DNA of 32,000 nt from Paracoccus suum (lineage in GTDB: Bacteria > Pseudomonadota > Alphaproteobacteria > Rhodobacterales > Rhodobacteraceae). Within the stretch, counting starts at the first letter, position 1; every line of letters begins with the position of its first letter. The stretch is taken from assembly GCF_003324675.1 (NCBI RefSeq), contig NZ_CP030918.1, positions 1,110,001 to 1,142,000 of the forward strand, given 5' to 3'. The position numbers and the translations under genes are program-made. Below are positions 11,364-19,596 of this stretch, piece after piece. The notes beneath the pieces were generated by a model. The model ran no database searches. It was not told the origin of the DNA and saw only the letters and a list, made by a program, of their open reading frames with translations.

Positions 11364-12032
11364 TCACCCAGCGGCGCGGGTTTGTAAGGGCAGTGCGATC
11401 GCGCGATGCAGGCAGGCGATAGCGATCCCGCCCGCGGTTAGCGCCGCCAGCCGCGGTTGCTGGGCATCCAGTCCGCCGGTATAGGCACCAAAGGCCGGCA
11501 GGATCAGGTGGTCCGCGCCGATCAGGAAGGCCCGCGCCCGCCGGCCGGCGATGCGCACCGCGGGATGGTAGTGCCCTGAGATGTCGGGCCCATCGCCCAG
11601 GACCGCCTCGTGGCGCAGCACCGCAGGGCCGAGCCGCGCCTGTACTGCCATCCGGCCCGGCAGGTGATCGCAGGGGGCGGCGCCGGGATCGTGGTTTCCC
11701 GCCAGCCAGATCCACTCTCGCCCCCGGGCAAGATCGTGCAGGATCGCGCAATGCGTGACGTCGAGGTCACCCGCCGCGGCATCGTCATCAAACCCGTCCC
11801 CAGGGCTGATCACCACCGCGGGATCGGTCGCCTCGATCTCGGCGCGCAAGCGTTCCAGCGTCGCCAGCCCCTCGTAGGGCGGCAGCAGGGCGCCGCCCCG
11901 GCGGGCCATGCGCTCGGATTTTCCGAGGTGCAGGTCGGCGACGATCAGCCAGCGGCCCTCGGGCCACCACAAGGACCCGGCGCAGCGCGCCTGCAGCGCG
12001 AGGCCATGCCAGCGGAAGGACTGCGCCGTCAT
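11364..12032 (-). CDS. pdeM: Ligase-associated DNA damage response endonuclease PdeM (binuclear metallophosphoesterase, MPE type)
   Basis: Metallophosphoesterase motifs LIVADLHLGK, ISPGDGFDD, WLAGNHDP and GHYHP, in a 222-aa protein. The start overlaps the helicase stop (ATGA at 12029-12032). Last gene of the 4-gene cluster. Confidence 0.85.
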   Translation of the reverse strand: MTAQSFRWHGLALQARCAGSLWWPEGRWLIVADLHLGKSERMARRGGALLPPYEGLATLERLRAEIEATDPAVVISPGDGFDDDAAAGDLDVTHCAILHDLARGREWIWLAGNHDPGAAPCDHLPGRMAVQARLGPAVLRHEAVLGDGPDISGHYHPAVRIAGRRARAFLIGADHLILPAFGAYTGGLDAQQPRLAALTAGGIAIACLHRAIALPLQTRAAG

Positions 12033-14566
12033 CGGGCGCGCGGCACCTTTGCAGGGCGCGGGGCAAAGCGCGGTGGCATGTCACCCGTCCCCGTGGTCGC
12101 CTTGCGCGGCCGCTGGCCGGTCGCAGCGCGGCCCGCGCCATCGCCGAAGCCGGCGGCATCAGCGATATCGGCTGTCGTGCCCGAGAGGTCCAATCCCGCC
12201 TGCGCCATCATCTCTGCCGCCTCCTCCTCTGCCAGGCGCAGGCGCGCCTGGCCGTCGATCCGCACTCGGCCCATTTCCAGCATCAGGGGCGCGGCCAGCG
12301 GGGATACGCGGTCCAGCATGCGATGGTCAAGGCGCGGGCTGCGGTCCAGCATCTCCTCGATCCGTCCAAAGTCGACAAGGCCGCGCCCTGCCTCGATGGC
12401 CGTGATGCGCAGCAGCAGGTGATCGGGATCGTACCGGCGCAGGGTGTCATAGAGGATGTCGGACGAAAACGTGGCCTGCTTTCCGGTCCGGCGCGCACCC
12501 GGCATGTTGCGGTGGATCAGCCCGGAAACCACGGCGACGTTGCGAAAAGTCCGCTTCATCACGGAATTGCCCTGCAGCCAGTCGCCAAGGCCGGCGCGCA
12601 GCCCCTCGCGGTCCAGCAGCGGGGCGGTGTCGGTCACAGGCTCCAGCGACCAGATCAGCAGGGCGTAGTCGGTCGAGAGAAACCCCAAGGGGCCGAGACC
12701 CGCTTCCTCCATCTGACGGGACATCAGCAGACCCAGCGTCTGCAGCGCATTGCGTCCGGCAAAACCGTAGAGCGCAAAGTGCCAGCGCCCGTCGTAGCGA
12801 AATGATTCCGACAGCAGCGTGCCGGGGGTCGGCAGCGCGGATTGCTGCGCCTGCAGCGCCAGCCAGTCGCGTGTGTCGGGTGGCAGGCCGGCCCACTGGT
12901 CCTGATCGCCGATCAGCGACAGCACGCGATGCGACAGTTCGGTCGAGGTGGCCAGCTTCAGCCCGTTGTAGGTCGCGATGCGCGGCTCCTTGTGGGGATT
13001 CGGCAGCACCTCGAGCGTCAACTCGCGCAGCCCCTCGTAGCGCACGGTCTTGCCGCCGATCAGGAAGGTGTCGCCGGGCACGAGGGTCGCAGCAAAGCCC
13101 TCTTCGACCTCGCCCAAGGGGGTGCCATGGCGGCCCTTCAGGCGGACCTTCATCAACTCGTCCGCGACGATGGTGCCAATGTTCATGCGCAGATCACGCG
13201 CGGCGCGGGGATCGCGCAGATGCCACAACCCGTCTTTGGTCTGCTTCAGCCGCTGCCAGCGGTCATAGGCGCGCAGGGCGTAACCACCCGTGGCGCAGAA
13301 CTGCACGCAGTCGTCAAAATCGGTGCGGCTGAGGTCCGCATAGGGACCGGCGCCCTGCTTCACCTCGGTATAAAGGGCATCGGCATCGAACGGTCCGGCG
13401 CAGGCGGTCAGCAGGATATGCTGGCACAAAACGTCCAAGGGGCCCGGGCCGCGGTCGCCGCCGTCGAGATCGTGCTCGCGCACCGCCTCCAGCGCGGCGA
13501 CGCATTCGATCACCTCAAAGCGGTTGGCCGGCACGATCCGCGCCTTGGAGGGCGCATTGTAGCGGTGGTTGGCGCGGCCGATGCGCTGGACCAGCCTCTT
13601 GACGTTCTTGGGCGCGCCGACCTGAATCACCAGATCGACCGCGCCCCAGTCGATGCCCAGATCAAGGCTGCCGGTCGCGACCACGGCGCGCAGCTCGCCC
13701 GCCGCCATCGCTGCCTCGACCCGCTCGCGGGCCTCGCGCGCCAGGCTGCCGTGGTGCAGGCCGATTGGCAGGTTTTCCTCGTTCGCGGCCCAGAGAGCCT
13801 GGAAATACAGCTCGGCCTGCGCCCGGGTGTTGATGAAGACGATGGTCGTGTTGGCAGAAGCGATCTGGGCCATGACCTCCGGGACCGAGTAATGGCCATT
13901 GCCGCCAGCCCAAGGGGCAGGGCGCGCGGTCGGCAGCATCTCGATATCCGGGTCCGGGCCGGGGTCGGCCAGCAGCACCTCGGCGCCACCCATGAAGCGG
14001 GCCAGGGCGGCCGGGTCCTCGACCGTGGCCGAAAGACCGGTGACCTGCACGTCGGGCGCCAGGCCGCGCAGCCGCGAGAGGCCCAACATCAACTGATCGC
14101 CGCGCTTGTTCTCCGCGATGGCGTGCAACTCGTCCAGCACCACCCGGCGCAGGTTGCCAAAGATCTGCGGCGCCTCGGGGTAGGACAGCATCAGTGCCAG
14201 CGATTCGGGCGTGGTCAGAAGAATCTGCGGCGGGTCGGTGCGCTGGCGCTGGCGAGCGCTGGACTTGGTGTCCCCGGTGCGGTCCTCGACCCGGATCGGC
14301 AGGCCCAACTCAGTCACCGGACGTTCCAGGTTGCGGCGGATATCGGCCGTCAGCGCCTTCAGCGGCGAGACGTAAAGGGTGTGCAGCCCCTGCCAGCCAT
14401 CCTTCAACTCGATCAGCGAAGGCAGGAACCCGGCAAGGGTCTTTCCGCCCCCGGTCGGGGCGATCAGCAGCGTATCTCCCGTCGCCTCCAACAGCATCAG
14501 CTGGTGCGGGTGCGGCTCCCACCCTCGGGCGGCAAACCAGTCCTGGAAATCGGGCGGCAGTTTCAC
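12029..14566 (-). CDS. Ligase-associated DNA damage response DExH-box helicase (Lhr-core-like), 845 aa
   Basis: Walker A LIAPTGGGKT and DExH box VVLDELHAI, with helicase C-terminal region motifs (VATGSLDLGID, QRIGRANH). The GTG start at 14566 overlaps the ligase stop (GTGA). Confidence 0.88.
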   Translation of the reverse strand: MKLPPDFQDWFAARGWEPHPHQLMLLEATGDTLLIAPTGGGKTLAGFLPSLIELKDGWQGLHTLYVSPLKALTADIRRNLERPVTELGLPIRVEDRTGDTKSSARQRQRTDPPQILLTTPESLALMLSYPEAPQIFGNLRRVVLDELHAIAENKRGDQLMLGLSRLRGLAPDVQVTGLSATVEDPAALARFMGGAEVLLADPGPDPDIEMLPTARPAPWAGGNGHYSVPEVMAQIASANTTIVFINTRAQAELYFQALWAANEENLPIGLHHGSLAREARERVEAAMAAGELRAVVATGSLDLGIDWGAVDLVIQVGAPKNVKRLVQRIGRANHRYNAPSKARIVPANRFEVIECVAALEAVREHDLDGGDRGPGPLDVLCQHILLTACAGPFDADALYTEVKQGAGPYADLSRTDFDDCVQFCATGGYALRAYDRWQRLKQTKDGLWHLRDPRAARDLRMNIGTIVADELMKVRLKGRHGTPLGEVEEGFAATLVPGDTFLIGGKTVRYEGLRELTLEVLPNPHKEPRIATYNGLKLATSTELSHRVLSLIGDQDQWAGLPPDTRDWLALQAQQSALPTPGTLLSESFRYDGRWHFALYGFAGRNALQTLGLLMSRQMEEAGLGPLGFLSTDYALLIWSLEPVTDTAPLLDREGLRAGLGDWLQGNSVMKRTFRNVAVVSGLIHRNMPGARRTGKQATFSSDILYDTLRRYDPDHLLLRITAIEAGRGLVDFGRIEEMLDRSPRLDHRMLDRVSPLAAPLMLEMGRVRIDGQARLRLAEEEAAEMMAQAGLDLSGTTADIADAAGFGDGAGRAATGQRPRKATTGTGDMPPRFAPRPAKVPRAR

Positions 14567-16191
14567 GCGGGGTCGTCCTCGGCGGACTGCTTGCGGCGGC
14601 GACTGGGTTTGCGCGGCACGGTGCGTGCGGCGCCAGCGTCGTCGATCAACGCCTCGAGCGTCGGCAGATGGTCGGCTTCAAGTGCCGGCTTGTCCCAGCG
14701 GATGCGGCTGATGCGGGGAAAGCGCATGGCTACCCCGCTCCGGTGGCGGGCGCTGCGGTTCACCCCCTCGAATGCGACCTCTAGGACCAATTTCGGCGCG
14801 ACCGACCGGACGGGCCCGAACCTCTCGACCGTGTTGCCGCGCACGAACCGGTCAAGCTCGCGCAGCTCCTCGTCGGTGAAGCCGAAATATGCCTTGCCGA
14901 CCGGCACCAGATCCTCGCCGTCCCACAGGCCAAAGGTGAAGTCGCTGTAAAAGCCCGAGCGCTTGCCATGACCACGCTGGGCATAGAGCAGAACCGCATC
15001 GACCGTCATCGGATCGCGCTTCCACTTGAACCACGGCCCGCGCGGCCGGCCGCCGACATAGGTCGAATCGCGGCGCTTGATCATCACGCCTTCGATGACC
15101 GCTTCGGGCGGGTCGGCACGCAAGGCGGCCAGATCTTCCCAGGTCGCAAAATCCAGCAGGGGCGAGATGTCGATCCGGTCGCTGCCGAAATCCGCGCCCT
15201 CCAGCACCTCGCGGCGTTCGGTCAGGGGCAGGGGGCGCAGATCGCGGCCGTGCCAGATCAGCAGGTCATAGACCCGCAGGCCGGCCGGGTGGGTGCCCAG
15301 ATGCGCCTTGCTGACCGTCTTGCGGTTCAGCCGCTGTTGCAGGTCGTTGAAGCTGGCGACCTGGCCCTCGCGCCGCACGATCAACTCGCCATCTGCAGCG
15401 CCGTCGAAGTTCATCGCGTCGATCACATCGGGAAAGGCGCCCGAGATATCCTCGCCGGTGCGCGAGTAAAGGCGGCGCACCCCGCCATCGCTGACGGCCT
15501 GAACCCGGATGCCGTCCCATTTCCATTCCGCGACATGCTCTGCCGGGTCGAGGGGCGCCAGTTCCTCCAGATCGATCGGGGTGGACAGCATCACCGGACG
15601 GAACGGGGCGAGGGCGGCGCTGGCGGGGCGCGGCCCACCCTCGATCCAGGCGAAGAGGTTGAGGTAGGGCGGCGCGAGGCCGTGCCACAACTCCTCGATG
15701 TCCTCGACGGGGGGACCGCCCATCTCGGCCAGCGCGATGCGTGCCATGCGTGCCGACAGGCCGATCCGCATGGCGCCGGTGGCGAGCTTCAGAAAGGCCA
15801 GTCGCTCGGAGGCGCCGAGGCGGTCCAGCATCCCGGCAATCGCCTTCGGCAGGCTGGCTTTCCCGGTGGTCTGCAGCAGTTCGACCGCGGCGGACAGCGG
15901 CACGTCAACGGCCTCCTCCGGGTCCGGCCAGAGCAGCGCAATCGTCTCGGCCAGATCGCCGACGAAGTCATAGCTGAGGGCGAACAACTCGGGGTCGAAC
16001 CGCTCGACTACAAGCCCGCGCAGAAGCGACGGCGTGACCGTCCGCAGCTTCAACTCGCCGGTCAGGGCGGCCAGCGCCCAGCCCCTGTCCGGATTCGGCG
16101 TACGCTCCAAGTAATGCCGCAGAATCTGCAGCTTGGCATTGCGCGCAGGCGTAAAGGCCAGCCGTTCCAGCAGGTTGGCAAAGGCTTTCAT
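14563..16191 (-). CDS. ATP-dependent DNA ligase ('cisplatin damage response' ligase class), 542 aa
   Basis: The internal ATG at 16191 overlaps the exonuclease stop (ATGA): MKAFANLLERLAFTPARNAKLQILRHYL... The adenylation motif I KxDG is present in AEWKWDGIRVQ, followed by an OB-fold C-terminal region. The upstream 90 codons of ORF 14563..16461 overlap the exonuclease gene and are not coding. Confidence 0.88.
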   Translation of the reverse strand: MKAFANLLERLAFTPARNAKLQILRHYLERTPNPDRGWALAALTGELKLRTVTPSLLRGLVVERFDPELFALSYDFVGDLAETIALLWPDPEEAVDVPLSAAVELLQTTGKASLPKAIAGMLDRLGASERLAFLKLATGAMRIGLSARMARIALAEMGGPPVEDIEELWHGLAPPYLNLFAWIEGGPRPASAALAPFRPVMLSTPIDLEELAPLDPAEHVAEWKWDGIRVQAVSDGGVRRLYSRTGEDISGAFPDVIDAMNFDGAADGELIVRREGQVASFNDLQQRLNRKTVSKAHLGTHPAGLRVYDLLIWHGRDLRPLPLTERREVLEGADFGSDRIDISPLLDFATWEDLAALRADPPEAVIEGVMIKRRDSTYVGGRPRGPWFKWKRDPMTVDAVLLYAQRGHGKRSGFYSDFTFGLWDGEDLVPVGKAYFGFTDEELRELDRFVRGNTVERFGPVRSVAPKLVLEVAFEGVNRSARHRSGVAMRFPRISRIRWDKPALEADHLPTLEALIDDAGAARTVPRKPSRRRKQSAEDDPA

Positions 16192-17240
16192 TCCTCGGCC
16201 TCGTCCTCGTAACCGACCAGACGCAGCGGGCGGGCGCTGATCTGGTTCAACTCGCACCAGCGTACCAGCGCCTCTTCGCGGCCATGGGTGACCCAGGCCT
16301 CGTCGGGACGCAACTCCTGTAAGGTCTGGGTCAGTTGCGGCCAATCGACGTGATCGCTGATGACAAGCGGCAGCTCGGTCCCGCGCTGGCGGGCGCGGGC
16401 GCGCACCGCCATCCAGCCGCTGGCAAAGCCGATGACCGGGTCGCGGAAGCGCTGCACCCAAGGGCTGGCAAAGGCCGAGGGCGGGGCGATCACCACCTGG
16501 CCCTCGATCTCTTTCGGCTGGGTCGCGGGGCGCAGATCGCCCAGCGGCACCCCTTGGGCGACATGATAGTCGGTCAGCCGCTGGGCCGCGCCGTGCAAGT
16601 GGATAGGCGCGTCATAGCCAGCTTGCCGCAGCAGGGCGATCACGCGCTGCGCCTTGCCGAGGGCGTAGGCGCCGACGAGATGCGCGCGATCCGGAAATTC
16701 GGCCATGCTGGCCAGCAGCTTGCGCGTCTCGGCCAGCGGGTCGGGGTGGCGAAACACCGGCAGGCCAAAGGTCGCCTCGGTGACGAATATGTCGCAGGGC
16801 ACCGGCTCCCACGGCAGGCAGACGGGGTTTGGCATGCGACAGTAATCACCCGAGACGGTAAAGCGCGGGCCCTGGTCGGGGTGGACGGCGATCTGCGCGC
16901 TGCCAAGAACATGGCCGGCCGGATGAAAACTGACCGTCGTCTCGCCCACGCGCAGAGGCCCGTCGGCGATCTGCCGGGCCGAGGTGAAATCCTCGCCATA
17001 GCGGATCGCCATGATGTCCAGCGTCTGGCGCGTTGCGAGCACCGCGCCATGGCCCGCGCGCGCGTGGTCGCCATGTCCATGGGTGATCAGCGCCCGCGGC
17101 ACCGGGCGCACCGGATCGATGAAAAAGTCACCGGGCGCGCAGTAAAGGCCGGCATCGGTTGGGTAAAGGATCTGGTCGGCCTGCATGCGCACCAACGCCG
17201 CGCGGGCGGTGCGGTTCATCGTGGCGACGGGGCACGACAT
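16188..17240 (-). CDS. Ligase-associated DNA damage response exonuclease (metallo-beta-lactamase/beta-CASP fold)
   Basis: MBL motif ITHGHGDHARAGH (HxHxDH), and an N-terminal ...ILYPTDAGLYCAPGDFFIDP typical of this family. The start is uncertain: ATGs at 17240, 17219 and 17186 are all in frame and none has a good SD. Confidence 0.82.
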   Translation of the reverse strand: MSCPVATMNRTARAALVRMQADQILYPTDAGLYCAPGDFFIDPVRPVPRALITHGHGDHARAGHGAVLATRQTLDIMAIRYGEDFTSARQIADGPLRVGETTVSFHPAGHVLGSAQIAVHPDQGPRFTVSGDYCRMPNPVCLPWEPVPCDIFVTEATFGLPVFRHPDPLAETRKLLASMAEFPDRAHLVGAYALGKAQRVIALLRQAGYDAPIHLHGAAQRLTDYHVAQGVPLGDLRPATQPKEIEGQVVIAPPSAFASPWVQRFRDPVIGFASGWMAVRARARQRGTELPLVISDHVDWPQLTQTLQELRPDEAWVTHGREEALVRWCELNQISARPLRLVGYEDEAEE

Positions 17241-17300
17241 TCGCGAGCGCGGCGGGATGGGAGGAGTCGGGTTGAAGAGGGATGGACGGCCAACTCTCGG

Positions 17301-17376
17301 TAAAAGAAATATCTAATATACTCGCATAAAACAGTTCATATGAACGAATAAATACCTAAACTCTGCAGAGTTCGAA
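17301..17376. promoter_or_regulatory. AT-rich divergent promoter/operator region between the repair operon and the class-V PLP enzyme gene
   Basis: 31 G+C of 100 nt by hand count over 17301-17400. Perfect palindromes GTTCATATGAAC (17334-17345) and CTCTGCAGAG (17361-17370). Candidate promoters are TTCATA-N16-TAAACT on + (17335-17362) and TTCATA-N18-TATATT on - (17344 down to 17315). Both use a half of the same palindrome as the -35 element. Confidence 0.5.
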
Positions 17377-17434
17377 GATGATTTTGCACCTGTATCCAAT
17401 CATTCTCCGGCCAACAAGTTCGGAAGGAAAAGCC

Positions 17435-18832
17435 ATGTCCCTCGCCCGATTCCGCGACCAGATCAAAGCCACCTCGCTGGCCGACCTGCACGCCGATCTG
17501 ATCGGTCATGGCCGCACCATCGACGGCCCCTTCGGTCCCCGCCCACTGATCTACGCGGACTACGTCGCCTCGGGCCGGCCCTTGGGCGCGGTCGAGCGCT
17601 TTGTGATGGAGGAGGTGCTGCCCTGGTATGCCAATAGCCATACCGAGGCGAGCCATTGCGGTGGCACCATGACGCGCCTGCGCCGCAGCGCCCGGGCCGA
17701 AATTGCGCGCATCACCGGCGCTGGCCCCGAGCATGCCGTCATCTTTACCGGCAGCGGCGCGACGGCCGGCATCAACCGGCTGGTGCATCTGCTCAATGTC
17801 GGGCCCGGCACGACCGTCATCATCGGCCCCTACGAGCATCACAGCAACATCCTGCCTTGGCGCGAAAGCGGCGCGGAAGTGATCGCCCTGCCCGAGGCGG
17901 AGGACGGCAGCGGACCGTGCCTCGCCGCCCTTGATCGGGCGCTGGCCAAGGAGGGACCCAAGGTTGTGGCGCTCTCGGCGGCCTCCAACGTGACGGGCAT
18001 CACCAGCGATGTGGCGGGCATCACCGCGCGCGCCAAGGCCGCCGGCGCCCGCGTCGTCTGGGATTTTGCCGGCGGCGCGCCCTATATGGCGCTGGACATG
18101 GGCGCGGGCATGGATGCGGTGGTGATCTCGCCGCACAAGTTCGTGGGCGGCCCGGGTGCATCGGGCCTGCTGATCATCCGCCGCGATGCGACCCAGGCGA
18201 CCCGCCCGACGCTGCCCGGCGGCGGGACCGTGCGCTTCGTGTCGTCCGAAGGGCATGACTATTCCCAGAACCTCGAAGCGCGCGAGGAGGGCGGCACCCC
18301 CAATGTCATCGGCGATATCCGCGCGGCGCTTGCGCTGATCGTCAAGGAGGCGGTCGGCCAGGACGTCATCGACGCCCGGCAGCAGGCCGGGTTGGCCAAG
18401 GCGCGCGCCAGGCTGGCCGGTCACCCCCGCATCGTCATGCTCGACGACCGCGACGTGCCGCGCCTGCCGATCCTCAGCTTCCGCGTTCGCGACGGGCAGG
18501 GCAGCTTCATTCACCAGCAACTCGCGACCCGGATGCTGTCCGACCTCTATGGCGTGCAGGCGCGGGGCGGCTGTGCCTGCGCCGGACCCTACGTCCTCAA
18601 GCTGCTGGGCGCCGATGCCGCCGCCGCGGCCAGCATGCGCGCGGCGATCCTTTCGGGGGCCGAACTGGAAAAGCCCGGGTTCGTGCGCCTGAACCTGTGC
18701 TGGCTCGCCCCGGACCAGGAGGTCGATGCGATCCTGGACGCGATCTGCGATCTGGCCGAGCGCGCGCCGGCGCTGACCGCGCGCTATTCGGGGGACCCGA
18801 CCACGGCAATATTCACTCCGCTGGCTGCCTGA
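17435..18832 (+). CDS. Aminotransferase class V-fold PLP-dependent enzyme (cysteine desulfurase/selenocysteine lyase-like), 465 aa
   Basis: ATG 17435 follows ggaaggaaaa. It has the class-V pattern ...AVIFTGSGATAGIN..., HHSNILPW, and the PLP-lysine context VVISPHKFVGGPGASGLL. Substrate unknown. Confidence 0.8.
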   Translation: MSLARFRDQIKATSLADLHADLIGHGRTIDGPFGPRPLIYADYVASGRPLGAVERFVMEEVLPWYANSHTEASHCGGTMTRLRRSARAEIARITGAGPEHAVIFTGSGATAGINRLVHLLNVGPGTTVIIGPYEHHSNILPWRESGAEVIALPEAEDGSGPCLAALDRALAKEGPKVVALSAASNVTGITSDVAGITARAKAAGARVVWDFAGGAPYMALDMGAGMDAVVISPHKFVGGPGASGLLIIRRDATQATRPTLPGGGTVRFVSSEGHDYSQNLEAREEGGTPNVIGDIRAALALIVKEAVGQDVIDARQQAGLAKARARLAGHPRIVMLDDRDVPRLPILSFRVRDGQGSFIHQQLATRMLSDLYGVQARGGCACAGPYVLKLLGADAAAAASMRAAILSGAELEKPGFVRLNLCWLAPDQEVDAILDAICDLAERAPALTARYSGDPTTAIFTPLAA

Positions 18833-19533
18833 CCCCGACGCGCCCGACGCTCCTCGACATAGGCGCGCAGCAGGGGAACCCGCTGCGGCCGAAAGCTGGC
18901 ATTGCCTCGGCTCAGCGCCGTGATGCGGCTGATGTGAAAAGTCCTATAGTCCTGGCGCATCTGGCAAAAGGCCAGCAGCATCAGGTTGTTGTCCGAATAG
19001 CTGATGCCCAGCGGAAGCACCTCGCGGCTGGTGCTGGCGCCCTGCAGGTCAGTGTAGCTGATGTTCAGGCTCGCCTCGTCCCAGCAGCACTGACGGATCA
19101 GGGACAGGTGGCCGGCCGGTGGCGTGCGCTCGTCCGGACGGACGGGGGCGCTGCGAAAGCTGCGCAGCACGGCGTGCAGCGCCTGCTGGCTCTGGCGTTC
19201 GGGCAGGGTCGCGACGATCCGGGCAAGGGCGTTGCGCCCGGCCTCCTCCAGCGCGGGATCGCCCATCTGCCGCAACTCGCCGACCGCCAGCAGAAGCGCC
19301 TCGATTTCTAGCCGTGAGAAACTTTGCGGCGGCAGGGCGCTGTCTTCGGTCAAGCGATAGCCGACGCCGGCTTCGCCATCGATCAGCGCGCCGCCAGCCC
19401 GCAGGGTTGCGATGTCGCGATAGAGCTGGCGCAGCGAGACGTCCGTCTCGGCCGCCAGCTTCGCGGCCGTTACTGGCGCCGGCGCGCGGCGCAGCACATC
19501 CATCAGGCGCATGAGGCGGTCTGTGCGGGCCAT
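18784..19533 (-). CDS. YafY-family transcriptional regulator (N-terminal HTH plus WYL-type ligand domain)
   Basis: Start at internal ATG 19533: MARTDRLMRLMDVLRRAPAPVTAAKLAAETDVSLRQLYRDIATLRAGGALIDGEAGVGYRL (DeoR/YafY HTH). A central WYL-like segment reads LPLGISYSDNNLMLLAFCQMRQDYRTFHISRI. The ORF could extend to 19575. Confidence 0.8.
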   Translation of the reverse strand: MARTDRLMRLMDVLRRAPAPVTAAKLAAETDVSLRQLYRDIATLRAGGALIDGEAGVGYRLTEDSALPPQSFSRLEIEALLLAVGELRQMGDPALEEAGRNALARIVATLPERQSQQALHAVLRSFRSAPVRPDERTPPAGHLSLIRQCCWDEASLNISYTDLQGASTSREVLPLGISYSDNNLMLLAFCQMRQDYRTFHISRITALSRGNASFRPQRVPLLRAYVEERRARRGQAASGVNIAVVGSPE

Positions 19534-19596
19534 CCTGTCGCAATCTGTCAGCAGCGGGCGGTTAATCTTTGCCATCAGCTTTCAACGGAGGCAACG

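Noticed and set aside
17334-17345. GTTCATATGAAC as a LexA (SOS) box for the repair operon.
   Set aside because: The alphaproteobacterial LexA site is a direct repeat, GTTC-N7-GTTC (GAAC-N7-GAAC). This is an inverted GTTC-N4-GAAC, and no second GTTC or GAAC lies at the required spacing. It also does not fit the CTGT-N8-ACAG type. It is kept only as an unassigned operator candidate.
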